From contig JASFEO010000001.1 of the NCBI GenBank assembly GCA_050124795.1, forward strand, positions 1 through 64,000: DNA of 64,000 nucleotides. The letters are read 5' to 3'. The notes below the pieces were generated by a model. It saw only the letters and a list, made by a program, of their open reading frames with translations. It did no database searches and was not told where the DNA came from. Each line of letters begins with the position of its first letter. The stretch's first letter is position 1. Shown piece by piece: positions 1 to 9,478 of this stretch. Origin of the DNA: Candidatus Pacearchaeota archaeon. Lineage in GTDB: Archaea; Nanobdellota; Nanobdellia; Pacearchaeales; GW2011-AR1. The position numbers and the translations under genes are program-made.

Positions 1-126
1 AATCTTGGAGAATGAGATACAATCATTTTCGACCTCACACGAGCCTAAAAAGAAAAACTCCTGATGAAGTTTATAATGATTTTAGTTTGTTATTTTAGCC
101 TACGACATATGTCAGGTGGGAGCACA
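1..126 (+). mobile_element. Right end of an IS481/IS3-superfamily insertion sequence: transposase C-terminus (3..98) plus probable terminal inverted repeat ending ...GGGAGCACA
   Basis: The frame from nt 3 reads SWRMRYNHFRPHTSLKRKTPDEVY...*, the YNxxRPHxSLxxxTP rve/integrase C-terminal motif. The end read on the minus strand starts TGT, typical of IS481. Truncated by the window edge. Confidence 0.8.
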
Positions 127-176
127 TATAAATTTTCCTAAGCAAACTTTTTAATCTCAATTCTATTAAATTATTC

Positions 177-986
177 ATGACACTAAATTTAATTCAACAA
201 ATCCTCCTCGGAATTATCCAGGGAATAACTGAATGGTTGCCAATCTCTTCAAGCGGAGTTTTAACTTTAATCAATTCAAACTTTTTTCATATAACCGATA
301 TTTCAGAACTAATTCATATTGCCCTCTTTTTTCACTTTGGAACTTTTCTTGCAGCACTAATCTATTTCCGACGTGAAGTCTTGTCCTTAACAAAATCATT
401 ATTTAATTATAAATACTCTGACGATAAAACAAAAAAGACTTTAAAATTTCTAATTATATCGACGTTGATTTCAGGAATAATCGGGATTTTGATTTTAAAA
501 TTTTTAACTTCTTTTGAAACTGAAATGCAATTAACAGGAAAAACAATCACCCTTTCTGTTGTTCTTCTTTTATTTGTTTCAGGAATGATTCAATTAAGGG
601 CTCGCGAACACGGACATAAAAAAGAAAGACAAATTAAAAATTCTGATTCAGTTGTTTTAGGTTTTGCTCAAGGAGTTTCAACCTTGCCTGGAATTTCGCG
701 TTCAGGAATTACAGTTTCAACTCTTTTATTAAAAAATTTCGACGACACAACTGCAATAAAATTAAGTTTCTTAATGAGTCTTCCAATTGTTTTATTTGGG
801 AATTTAATTTTAAACTTTTCAGATTTCACACAAGTTGTAACTTTGCCGTCGATTTACGGACTCCTCATGAGTTTTCTCTTCGGCATTCTGGCAATTCACC
901 TTCTAATGAAACTAACAAAGAAAATTAACTTTGGATATTTTTTACTGATTGTTTCTATACTGATGGGACTGAGTTTGTTTATATAA
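177..986 (+). CDS. uppP: Undecaprenyl-diphosphate phosphatase (UppP/BacA family)
   Basis: GIIQGITEWLPISSSG and PGISRSG motifs; multi-TM. Confidence 0.9.
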   Translation: MTLNLIQQILLGIIQGITEWLPISSSGVLTLINSNFFHITDISELIHIALFFHFGTFLAALIYFRREVLSLTKSLFNYKYSDDKTKKTLKFLIISTLISGIIGILILKFLTSFETEMQLTGKTITLSVVLLLFVSGMIQLRAREHGHKKERQIKNSDSVVLGFAQGVSTLPGISRSGITVSTLLLKNFDDTTAIKLSFLMSLPIVLFGNLILNFSDFTQVVTLPSIYGLLMSFLFGILAIHLLMKLTKKINFGYFLLIVSILMGLSLFI

Positions 987-1256
987 ACTTCCGGGTAAAG
1001 GATTATCTCTAAGATATTTTAATATCTCTTTTTCGGGGAGTTCATCTTCTGCATATTCAGAATAATTATTCCCCCCCTTTCTAAAAAATGTCTTTTCCTC
1101 TTTAGGACAATCTATATGATGAATAAGTAAATTCCTAAACCTGTTTCTTAAAATCATTGCTTTTTGTAATTTTGGTTTTTCCATAAATTCAATTTCCAAA
1201 TCCCAAATTTCTTCAAGCCTCATTAGATAAATATCATTCATAACAAAATAACCCAA
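942..1256 (-). CDS. Hypothetical protein
   Basis: ORF with its own TATA-like upstream element; no recognised motif. Confidence 0.5.
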   Translation of the reverse strand: MGYFVMNDIYLMRLEEIWDLEIEFMEKPKLQKAMILRNRFRNLLIHHIDCPKEEKTFFRKGGNNYSEYAEDELPEKEILKYLRDNPLPGSLYKQTQSHQYRNNQ

Positions 1257-1323
1257 CTAAACTATTTAAAAATTATTATATTAAAATATAAAGATTTATA
1301 AAAATAAATTTTATTTTGATTTT

Positions 1324-1683
1324 ATGAAATATTGCATGACTCCGGTCATAGGTAAGGCAACTGCAGCACGTTCAAAAGTTAAAACAATTCTTGCTCTTAA
1401 TGGAATTGATATTGGTACCCCTCTTGCATATCCTTCATTTTTTGAATATGGCTCCCTGGAAAGATTAGACCTGGAACAAATAGAAGAATTAAATAATTTA
1501 GATTCAATTAAATTTTTTGGCTCAAAAAAAGATTTAACTCCAGAGTGTTTATTAAATATACATATTTATTTAGAATGTTCTAATCAAAATTACTTTCCTG
1601 AAGAAAAAGACACCGACAAAAGAAATAAAATAGAACTCCCAAGATCTTTCTATCTCCCAAGAGGAGTTTTTCCAAATTCTTGA
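1324..1683 (+). CDS. Hypothetical protein
   Basis: ORF with TTTATAAA about 25 nt upstream of the ATG. Confidence 0.55.
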   Translation: MKYCMTPVIGKATAARSKVKTILALNGIDIGTPLAYPSFFEYGSLERLDLEQIEELNNLDSIKFFGSKKDLTPECLLNIHIYLECSNQNYFPEEKDTDKRNKIELPRSFYLPRGVFPNS

Positions 1684-1689
1684 GAATTC

Positions 1690-1855
1690 TTAATTAACAT
1701 AATGAGGCAGGGGCATTTTTCTTATGATGGGGTCTTCATAAAAATCTTTTTGCCAAAAGCTTCATGAATTTCTTTTGCTGTTTTTCCATTACTAAAACTT
1801 TTTTCATCTTCTTCAGCATAAATAGTTCGATATTGTTTAGTTGCCCTTGCAAAAT
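1690..1855 (-). pseudogene. Degraded small gene remnant
   Basis: Coding-like frames FARATKQYRTIYAEEDEKSF... and KDFYEDPIIRKMPLPHYVN* offset by a frameshift; no start codon; promoter-like motif at 1871-1888. Confidence 0.35.
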
Positions 1856-1899
1856 TTAATAAAAAATAACTTTATAAGAATTATTATCTTCTAAAATAT

Positions 1900-4065
1900 C
1901 TATTGATTCTCACTCAATCCTTTTCTATCACGAATCTTCTTAATCAAGTCGTCATTCATTGAAGCAGGAACTTTTTCAAACAATTGATCCATTAAAGATG
2001 AAATACCTCGCCCTTCTGTTGCACTTCGCAGGTCATTGCTCCATCCAATCATTTCTGCAACAGGTATCTTTGCTTTGATGCTTGCATTTGCTCCTTCTTG
2101 ATTCATATCAATCATTTGTCCTCTTTTTCCTCCAACAAGTTTTGTAACTTTTCCTAAAAATGCATCTGGCATTTCAATCAAGTGAGTCTGCAAAGGTTCA
2201 AATAAAGTAGGAGAAGCTTTTGCCATTGACCCCTTAATTGCTTCACGAACTGCAGGATAAACTTGTGCAGGACCTCTGTGAATTGCATCCTCATGAAGTC
2301 TGATGTCAACTAAAGAAACTTTCATTTTCATGCACGGCTCCCTCGCCATTGACCCCTGGTCCATCACCATTTCAAATGCATCCAAAACCATTTCAATAAC
2401 TTCCCCAATATGAACCTCTCCTCGTGTTTCATCCAGAAAAACATTTCCTTTGTAAATATCCCGAACATTCCTGATTGTGTCTCCATCCCAACCTAATTTA
2501 GAAAGTATGTCTGCAACCTCTGTTGATTTTTTCTTGACTCTTATTTCAGGCAACTCTCCAGACTTTATTGCTTCATAAATATTATCCTCAAGTGGTTCAA
2601 CTTTTATGTAAAAACTATTGTGCTTGTTTGGGCTTCTTCCTTCAACAGCATCAGACTCTTTTGTAACAGTCTCACGATAAACAACAATCGGAGGTGAAGT
2701 TTTTACTTCTAAACCTTTTTCACTTTTAATTCTGTTTTCAATAATTTCCAAATGAAGTTCTCCCATGCCGCTCATCAAACTCTCTCCAGTCTGCTCATTA
2801 ATTTCAATTTTTATTGACGGATCTTCCTTTCCAATTTGTTTTAACACTTCAACAAGTTTTGGCAAATCAGCAGCCTTAGTTGCTTCAATAGATTTTGTAA
2901 CAACAGGGTCAAACAAATGCTTGATTGCTTCAAAAGGTTCAATCTCTCCTTTGCTCACAGTCTCCCCTGCAAAAACATTTTTCAAACCAACAACTCCTAC
3001 AATATTCCCTGCATTTGCCTCGTCAACTATAACTCTTTGCGCACCCTTGTAAACAGAAACCTGCTGAACCCTCACAGTTCTCTTTGCAAGATTCATGTAA
3101 ACATCATCACCCTGCTTAATTGTTCCTGAAAATAATCTTCCGCAGGCGACTTCTCCGGCGTGTTTGTCGACGACAATTTTAATTGGGACAAATGCAACAT
3201 CTCCTTTTGCATCACACGCAAGTAATTGTTTTCCCATTTCTGAATCCAAGTCTCCATGCCAAATTTTTGGAATTCTATATTTTTGTGCATCAACCGGATT
3301 CGGGTGATGCTTGATACTCATGCTTAAAACAACCTCATGAAGCGGAACTTTTTTTGCTAAACTTTTGTAATCATCTTTTTCATATGCGTCAATAACATCT
3401 TTGAAAGTAATTCCATGCTCTTTCATATATGGAAAACTTAATGCCCAGTTGTGGAATGCGGAACCAAATGCAACAGTTCCTTCACCGACGCCAACTTTCC
3501 ATTTTTCTTTGTAACCTTCAGGTGCAATCTGTCCAATTAATTTATTAACATACTCAATCTGAGAAATAAACTTCTTCTCCATTTCTGCAGGTGTTAATTT
3601 TACTTCCTTTATAAGACGGTCAACTTTGTTTATGAATAAAACCGGTTTAACTAATTCTTTCAATGCTTGTCTTAAAACAGTTTCAGTCTGGGGCATGACT
3701 CCTTCAACTGCGCAGCACAAAACAATGCACCCGTCAACTGCCCTCATTGCACGAGTAACATCGCCGCCGAAATCAACGTGTCCCGGAGTGTCAATTAAAT
3801 TAATTAAATAATCTTCTCCTCCGACTTTATGAATCATTGAAACCGACGCTGAATCAATTGTAATTCCTCTTGAAGATTCATCTTCATGAAAATCAAGCGC
3901 TCTTTGTTTTCCTGCCAAGTCTTCAGAAATCATTCCTGCACCAGCAAGCAAGTTATCTGAAAAAGTAGTTTTCCCGTGGTCAATATGCGCAGCCACACTA
4001 ATATTACGAATCTTAGTTTGGTCTTTCATTAAATGCACAATTTTTTCTGAATCCTTTTCAGCCAT
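1900..4065 (-). CDS. fusA: Archaeal elongation factor EF-2
   Basis: AHIDHGKTT, RGITI, DTPGH, NKVD; diphthamide loop HEDAIHRG. Confidence 0.98.
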   Translation of the reverse strand: MAEKDSEKIVHLMKDQTKIRNISVAAHIDHGKTTFSDNLLAGAGMISEDLAGKQRALDFHEDESSRGITIDSASVSMIHKVGGEDYLINLIDTPGHVDFGGDVTRAMRAVDGCIVLCCAVEGVMPQTETVLRQALKELVKPVLFINKVDRLIKEVKLTPAEMEKKFISQIEYVNKLIGQIAPEGYKEKWKVGVGEGTVAFGSAFHNWALSFPYMKEHGITFKDVIDAYEKDDYKSLAKKVPLHEVVLSMSIKHHPNPVDAQKYRIPKIWHGDLDSEMGKQLLACDAKGDVAFVPIKIVVDKHAGEVACGRLFSGTIKQGDDVYMNLAKRTVRVQQVSVYKGAQRVIVDEANAGNIVGVVGLKNVFAGETVSKGEIEPFEAIKHLFDPVVTKSIEATKAADLPKLVEVLKQIGKEDPSIKIEINEQTGESLMSGMGELHLEIIENRIKSEKGLEVKTSPPIVVYRETVTKESDAVEGRSPNKHNSFYIKVEPLEDNIYEAIKSGELPEIRVKKKSTEVADILSKLGWDGDTIRNVRDIYKGNVFLDETRGEVHIGEVIEMVLDAFEMVMDQGSMAREPCMKMKVSLVDIRLHEDAIHRGPAQVYPAVREAIKGSMAKASPTLFEPLQTHLIEMPDAFLGKVTKLVGGKRGQMIDMNQEGANASIKAKIPVAEMIGWSNDLRSATEGRGISSLMDQLFEKVPASMNDDLIKKIRDRKGLSENQ

Positions 4066-4073
4066 GTTAAAAA

Positions 4074-5021
4074 CTAAAGTTTTTTGTTTATAAACTTTTC
4101 CTGCACTCTTTTTAAACGTCTATACTTTCTCGTCCCTTTTTCAAAAAATATAATTGCTTTTTTAATCTCTGCCTGTCTTCCAATTGTTAATCTATATCTT
4201 TTATAATTGTCAGGCTTTTTTGAAACATGACTTAAACCAATTCCTAAATCTTTAATAATCTTTGAAGAATCAAGAATTAAATCTTTACTTCTTGATAAAA
4301 GATCAATTTGGCCGGTCTTTCTGAGAACAGAACCATCAAACATTAATATTCCTTTTATCACTGCAATCTTAATCTTCTTTGAAGACTCCCTAATTATCCC
4401 CGGAATTCTAACGGTCTCTGTTTTTCGCCCGGGACTAAAACCAAATATATTTGTGAAATATCTAAAAATAATTTTATTGCTAATATAAATTGAATAATGG
4501 TTTTTCTCTTTTTTTGGTTTAACATTGATATTAAAAACATTATTAATCCACTTTGCAAGTGCAGAAACATTTGAATAGTATTCTTCTCTAAAAACAAACT
4601 CATATCTCTTCCCTCTTTTTGTTTCTCTAAATCGTAAATGTCCGTCGGCGATAAATGCCCCAACAAAAGAAGCAAAATCTTCATTTGAATTATAAACTGC
4701 CTTTGCTTTTCTTTTGGAATCTCCTGTCCCGTATTCAAGAGATTTAATATGTTTTCTAAAATCAGCTTTACTTAATTTTTCTAATTCACAGAGGACGTAC
4801 AGCGGAATATAAGGATGTTTGTTTAAGTATTTCCATAATGTTCTGTAATCTGTTTTTGTTCTTTTGCAAAATTCTGTAAAAAATCCATAGCTCTTTAACT
4901 CCTTAACACAATTAAAGATTTCATTTTTCAACGCAGGATTCATAACTGCTCTTATAGAACCTTTGCCCTCATTTCCACCAAGTCCGTAAATATTTAACTT
5001 AAAATTCTTTTTCATAAACAA
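4074..5021 (-). CDS. Free-standing double-motif LAGLIDADG endonuclease-like protein with an N-terminal HTH-like region
   Basis: FVGAFIADGH and VIKGILMFDGS motifs; very basic; no intein splicing residues at the termini. Confidence 0.75.
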   Translation of the reverse strand: MFMKKNFKLNIYGLGGNEGKGSIRAVMNPALKNEIFNCVKELKSYGFFTEFCKRTKTDYRTLWKYLNKHPYIPLYVLCELEKLSKADFRKHIKSLEYGTGDSKRKAKAVYNSNEDFASFVGAFIADGHLRFRETKRGKRYEFVFREEYYSNVSALAKWINNVFNINVKPKKEKNHYSIYISNKIIFRYFTNIFGFSPGRKTETVRIPGIIRESSKKIKIAVIKGILMFDGSVLRKTGQIDLLSRSKDLILDSSKIIKDLGIGLSHVSKKPDNYKRYRLTIGRQAEIKKAIIFFEKGTRKYRRLKRVQEKFINKKL

Positions 5022-5123
5022 AATAATTAAATAAGTTATTTAAATTTTTGTGCGGCAATAGCAATACTTTATAATTCTATGAAATATAGTAATATTTTTA
5101 AACTTTTGAATTCTTGTTTTGTT

Positions 5124-5345
5124 ATGGATTACAAAGAAAAAGAAAAACCTAAAAGATTTCCTTTTAATGGGATGGCTATTGCAAGCAATGTTCCTCGAGA
5201 ATGGGGGTATGAAAGAGTTTTCGACCCAATGCCAAAAAGAGTTTTAACAGAAGAAGAAAAGAGAGAAAGCGAGGAATATGATAAACTTTTATTTGACAGA
5301 TTTTGCAAGGCACTTGAATACGCAGCAAAAAATAATAAATGGTAA
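5124..5345 (+). CDS. Small hypothetical protein (paralog of the next ORF)
   Basis: Likely start ATG 5124; similar to 5394..5591. Confidence 0.55.
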   Translation: MDYKEKEKPKRFPFNGMAIASNVPREWGYERVFDPMPKRVLTEEEKRESEEYDKLLFDRFCKALEYAAKNNKW

Positions 5346-5393
5346 CTTCCAGAACACAATAATCTTTTTATACTTATGAATTCTTGTTTTAAT

Positions 5394-5591
5394 ATGAAAA
5401 GGAACTACGACGAAAAAGATTTAGAAGAAAAAAGTTGTCAGGGTTATTCACTTGCTTCTGCTGCAGATGCAATGGGTTATCGGGGAAGAGTTCACAAACC
5501 GCGTTCAAGTCAGCCTCCTAAATACCCTGGTTGGTATGTGAGATTATTTAAAGATGCATTTGAAAATGCTGCTAGGAAAAATTCTAGATAA
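5394..5591 (+). CDS. Small hypothetical protein (paralog of the previous ORF)
   Basis: Likely start ATG 5394; shared upstream 14-mer. Confidence 0.55.
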   Translation: MKRNYDEKDLEEKSCQGYSLASAADAMGYRGRVHKPRSSQPPKYPGWYVRLFKDAFENAARKNSR

Positions 5592-5598
5592 TTTTTTT

Positions 5599-6177
5599 CT
5601 AAAAAGGAATCTCATCATCAGCTTCTGGAAAAGCATTATCACTAACTGCAAAAGTAAGACTATTGTACAAGCCCTCTTTTTCATCTGCCCATGAATAGCA
5701 TTTAAACTCTTCTGAATTAAGAATTCCTCTCTTAAGAAGATTGTAAGAATCATATTCAATTATTTCTTTCACACCAACACCATTAAAAGCTTCAGGATAA
5801 AGAACCTCTGGAAAATATTTTCTTGTTGCAGATTCTAAATTATTTTTTATCCATTTTTCATCATGTTTTCCTTTTAAGTAAATTCCATAAAAAGCAAAAA
5901 AATTGTCGTCGATATTTAATGTAACACATTCTGCACCAGGAATTTCATAAAGGCTTTCTCCAATTTTAAATTCTTCTTGCATTGAAACCAAATCCTTGCA
6001 ACCAATTAACTTTGCGCTTTGTTCCAAGGCAAGCCATTTAAACTCTTTTGGTGTTTCTCGATAAACATGAAAAAACCTTGTCAAACCATCACTCATAGCC
6101 TCGTCACTAAGTGAATAAGGAACTTTTGACATTTCATTGATAATTTTTTCAAGGAGTTCTGATTTGTTCATTTTCAC
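5599..6177 (-). CDS. Hypothetical protein
   Basis: 192-aa ORF with a 4-nt overlap with the upstream ORF. Confidence 0.65.
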   Translation of the reverse strand: MKMNKSELLEKIINEMSKVPYSLSDEAMSDGLTRFFHVYRETPKEFKWLALEQSAKLIGCKDLVSMQEEFKIGESLYEIPGAECVTLNIDDNFFAFYGIYLKGKHDEKWIKNNLESATRKYFPEVLYPEAFNGVGVKEIIEYDSYNLLKRGILNSEEFKCYSWADEKEGLYNSLTFAVSDNAFPEADDEIPF

Positions 6178-6545
6178 CTTTCAAAATAATCCCTAAAACT
6201 TTCAGAATTTCCATAACCCATTTTTTCAAGAATTGGTTTAACATTACCTAACCATTCTTCTACCAAAGGTTTTCTTTTTGGATCAAACTCATGAACTGTT
6301 GTTGTAATTGGTTTCTCATTTAATAAAATCAAATTTCCTTCAAGACCAATAATACTTGTCTTTGGAACTTTTGTTCTATTTAACACCCAATAATCATTCA
6401 TTCCAAGAACACTAAAAAAAGTCTCCCATTCCTGATTTGTCGACGGCAAAAACTGACTTCCAACATAAATTTTTTCATGAGGGATGCCAAAAGTATTTGG
6501 CTGCATTTGATAACCTTGCTCTTTAATTAATTTGTAGTCAGTCAT
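6174..6545 (-). CDS. Hypothetical protein
   Basis: 123-aa ORF. Confidence 0.6.
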   Translation of the reverse strand: MTDYKLIKEQGYQMQPNTFGIPHEKIYVGSQFLPSTNQEWETFFSVLGMNDYWVLNRTKVPKTSIIGLEGNLILLNEKPITTTVHEFDPKRKPLVEEWLGNVKPILEKMGYGNSESFRDYFER

Positions 6546-6600
6546 AAAAATAAAATACTTTATAGCTTTTTAAAAATTGTCGTCTTTTAATATATAAAAT

Positions 6601-7203
6601 TTATCGCGCACTATCAGCTTGTGCTTCACTTTCTCTTTTTTTCTTAACTGCAAAACTTTCCTGATTTCCTTCACTTGCCATGATAATTTCATCTGCCAGA
6701 CCTTGCGCAATATTTTTCTTTTTTCCAAAAGCCTTATCACTTGCTCCGTGAACAATCCATCTCAAAGACAAATTAACACGCCTTAAAGGCGCAACATCAA
6801 CTGCCTGAGGATAACGAGCACCACCATATTCAATAACAGTTGTCTCATCTCTTGGAGCAGTATTCTCAATTGCTTTAACAAAAACTTCCACAGGATTCTT
6901 GCCTGTCTTTTTCTCAATTAACTTAAATGCCTCTAAAATTGTTTTCATGTTCTTAGTGTATTTTCCAGTTGAGTGCCCCAAAATAATTCTATGCTTTTTA
7001 CCTCTGTGCCCTGCAACAGCTAAGTGATTCATTAACCTCTCAACAATATTAACTTTTGTCTGACCAAACTTATTAGAATTTCTTCCATAACTTTTCAAAA
7101 CAAGTTTTGGTTCTAAGTTAATCGCACTTTTGAGTCCAGGATCAACTACCTTAATCTCTGAAATATCATATAAGTCGAAAATTTTAAAATTTGTTTCTGG
7201 CAT
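6601..7203 (-). CDS. rps7: 30S ribosomal protein S7 (uS7)
   Basis: PRDETTVIEYGGARYPQAVDVAPLRR; C-terminal SAR; start likely 7203 (MPETNF). Confidence 0.97.
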   Translation of the reverse strand: MPETNFKIFDLYDISEIKVVDPGLKSAINLEPKLVLKSYGRNSNKFGQTKVNIVERLMNHLAVAGHRGKKHRIILGHSTGKYTKNMKTILEAFKLIEKKTGKNPVEVFVKAIENTAPRDETTVIEYGGARYPQAVDVAPLRRVNLSLRWIVHGASDKAFGKKKNIAQGLADEIIMASEGNQESFAVKKKRESEAQADSAR

Positions 7204-7204
7204 T

Positions 7205-7678
7205 TTATTCATTTAATGTTTGTAATTTAGTTATTAACCTCTCAATATTTTTTGGAATTTTTTCTCCTTTTGAGTAAGAAAAATCAATTCCAAGAGTTTC
7301 TGGGATAAGTCTTATTCCCATTTCTTTATATTCTAAAAAACCATTTCTTTTTTCAGGTTCTCCATATAATTTATTTAATTCCATTTCTAAATTTAAAAAA
7401 GTTGATTTTTTTGGATCATCTAAACATACCCTATAATAAACTTCTGATTCTTTATCTTCTCCAATAATATATCTAATAGTCCCATCATCTTCTTCAGCTC
7501 TGCCTTTATTATATTCTTCGAATTTATTATGGATCCGGCTATCTTTTTCAATATATCTTATTTGCACACGATTCTGTTTTTCAAGTTCATCTGTTCTTTT
7601 GAATACTCTTTTCATTTCCATTAAATAAATTCCTTCACCCAAACTACTGCCATATCCAATATCAACTCCCATGCTCAT
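7205..7678 (-). CDS. Hypothetical protein inserted between rps12 and rps7
   Basis: The ORF fills the rps12-rps7 gap; start likely 7678. Confidence 0.7.
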   Translation of the reverse strand: MSMGVDIGYGSSLGEGIYLMEMKRVFKRTDELEKQNRVQIRYIEKDSRIHNKFEEYNKGRAEEDDGTIRYIIGEDKESEVYYRVCLDDPKKSTFLNLEMELNKLYGEPEKRNGFLEYKEMGIRLIPETLGIDFSYSKGEKIPKNIERLITKLQTLNE

Positions 7679-7679
7679 T

Positions 7680-8102
7680 TTATCTTCTACCCTTTTCAAT
7701 CTTGCCCTTGACTAATCTTGGCAAAGGCTGATCATTTACTTGGATAACTTTCCACCTGATTCCACGAATATCTCCTTTTGCACGACCTTGTTTCCCGCCG
7801 ATTCTTTCAATCATAACTTCGTCGTGTTCATCAATGAATTTTTGTCCCAAATTTCCCGGAATAAAAGCCCCAACTGTTTTTCCGTTTTTTGTTAACTGAA
7901 CTTTGCAGCACTTTCTCATTGCAGAATTTGGCTGAGCAGCTTCCTTTTGAAACTTGCTTAAAACAATTCCCTTAGCCTGGTTCGCGCCCTCAAGCGGGTC
8001 AGACTTTGCAAACAAATTCAAAGTTCTAACTCTGTGAGTCCTCGAATTCCACTTAAACTTTTTTCTTGTCTTCTTTAATTTTGTAGCGCTCTTTAATCCC
8101 AT
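7680..8102 (-). CDS. rps12: 30S ribosomal protein S12 (uS12)
   Basis: [19 protein letters not shown]. Confidence 0.97.
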   Translation of the reverse strand: MGLKSATKLKKTRKKFKWNSRTHRVRTLNLFAKSDPLEGANQAKGIVLSKFQKEAAQPNSAMRKCCKVQLTKNGKTVGAFIPGNLGQKFIDEHDEVMIERIGGKQGRAKGDIRGIRWKVIQVNDQPLPRLVKGKIEKGRR

Positions 8103-8180
8103 TCTAAAATAATTAGCGAAGAATTGCTTTATAAAACTTATTGTTAGTAAATTTTGGCTTCACCAAAAATAAATTAAAAT

Positions 8181-8950
8181 TCATAAATACAATCTGGCAT
8201 TGTTAAGACCGTCTATAATTATTTCTCTAATTTTGTTTTCAGAAACTCTTCCTTCATCGGGGATTAATAAATAATCTAATGTTTTTCCTCTTTTTATTGG
8301 ATGCTGAATCTTTTCATTTGGAATAATTGGTTTTTCCAGTGCAGTGCATTTCACATCTAAATATTCTTTATTGTCTTTTATATAATTAATTACTTCTGAT
8401 TCACTCCAGCATTCTCTATAACTAATTTTTTTTCTTCTGAAAACTTGTCTTCTAACATATGATCTTGCAATGGCCCCAAGCAGTGTAGCTCCATATGCAT
8501 ACTCTTCTTTGTTACAAGAGGTAATTACCATCCCCCTTCTAAGAAGATCCCTTTTTTCAAAAAATTCTATACTCGCCCCTGAATTGCAAGAATCATTAAT
8601 AAATATAAATTTTCCTTTGTGTTTAGAAATTTCTTTAGAAAAATAACCATAGTGAAGTAAACTTCCATTTGGAGAAAAAAATTCTTCATCTCCATGCCCA
8701 CAATAAATAAATATCAATGATTTATCTTGTCCAGAAAATTCATCTATAAATCCTTTAATTTCTTTTTTAATTTCATTCTTTTTTGAGATAAAACTCTTAT
8801 ATTTTCTTTTTCATAACCCACAATATTTTTTAGATAATCTCCCATATTTATAATTGCTTCTTCATGGCGAGATTCATTTCCATTCATTAACATTACATAA
8901 GCATTTTTCTTCAAATTATCCCCACTCATTATTTTGGAATTTATTATCAT
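8181..8950 (-). pseudogene. Caspase/legumain-like cysteine peptidase (clan CD, C13/C14-like), split by a -1 frameshift near 8762-8784
   Basis: FIYCGHG and FINDSCNSG catalytic dyad motifs lie in 8181..8717; the N-terminus is in 8744..8950; the frames join as ...NEIKKEIKGFIDEFSGQDKSLIFIYCGHG. Confidence 0.7.
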
Positions 8951-8976
8951 TATAAAAATATTTCGTTTCAGTATTT

Positions 8977-9393
8977 TTATACAATCCGAAAATCCCTTTT
9001 AAAAAAATCACTAACTATTTTTTGCATTTCAATTAATCGTCTTTTATTTCTCCCAATTAATGCAGCCTTGCTCTGACTTCCTGCAGTTAAAATAATCTCT
9101 TCATCAGTTACTTCCAAATCCTTAAAAGTCACGGGGCTGACAATTGCCTCAATAAATTTTTTCGCATCTTCAACACCTTTTGGCGACGGAATAACTTTTA
9201 CCTTTTTCCTTAAAATATAATTTATCTTTTTTATATTCGCCCCTTCAGGTCCGATTGCCTTTGAAACAAACCTTCTTGGAACAAAAAACAAAAGCGCGTC
9301 ATTATAAGTCGAACAAAGCCGTGTATTAACGCGAGTAATTTTATTAAACAAATTCAAATGCCTCATGTCCTGCATATTAAGTGTATTAACCAT
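8977..9393 (-). CDS. nusA: Archaeal NusA (KH domains)
   Basis: KAIGPEGANIK, AALIGRNKRRL; position after rpoA. Confidence 0.92.
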   Translation of the reverse strand: MVNTLNMQDMRHLNLFNKITRVNTRLCSTYNDALLFFVPRRFVSKAIGPEGANIKKINYILRKKVKVIPSPKGVEDAKKFIEAIVSPVTFKDLEVTDEEIILTAGSQSKAALIGRNKRRLIEMQKIVSDFFKRDFRIV

Positions 9394-9478
9394 TTACAGT
9401 TTTCACCGTTAAAGAACTTATAATAAAGTGTTTTATAAACTTTTAGTTTTTCAAAATTAACTTGTCGTCGGAGAATTT

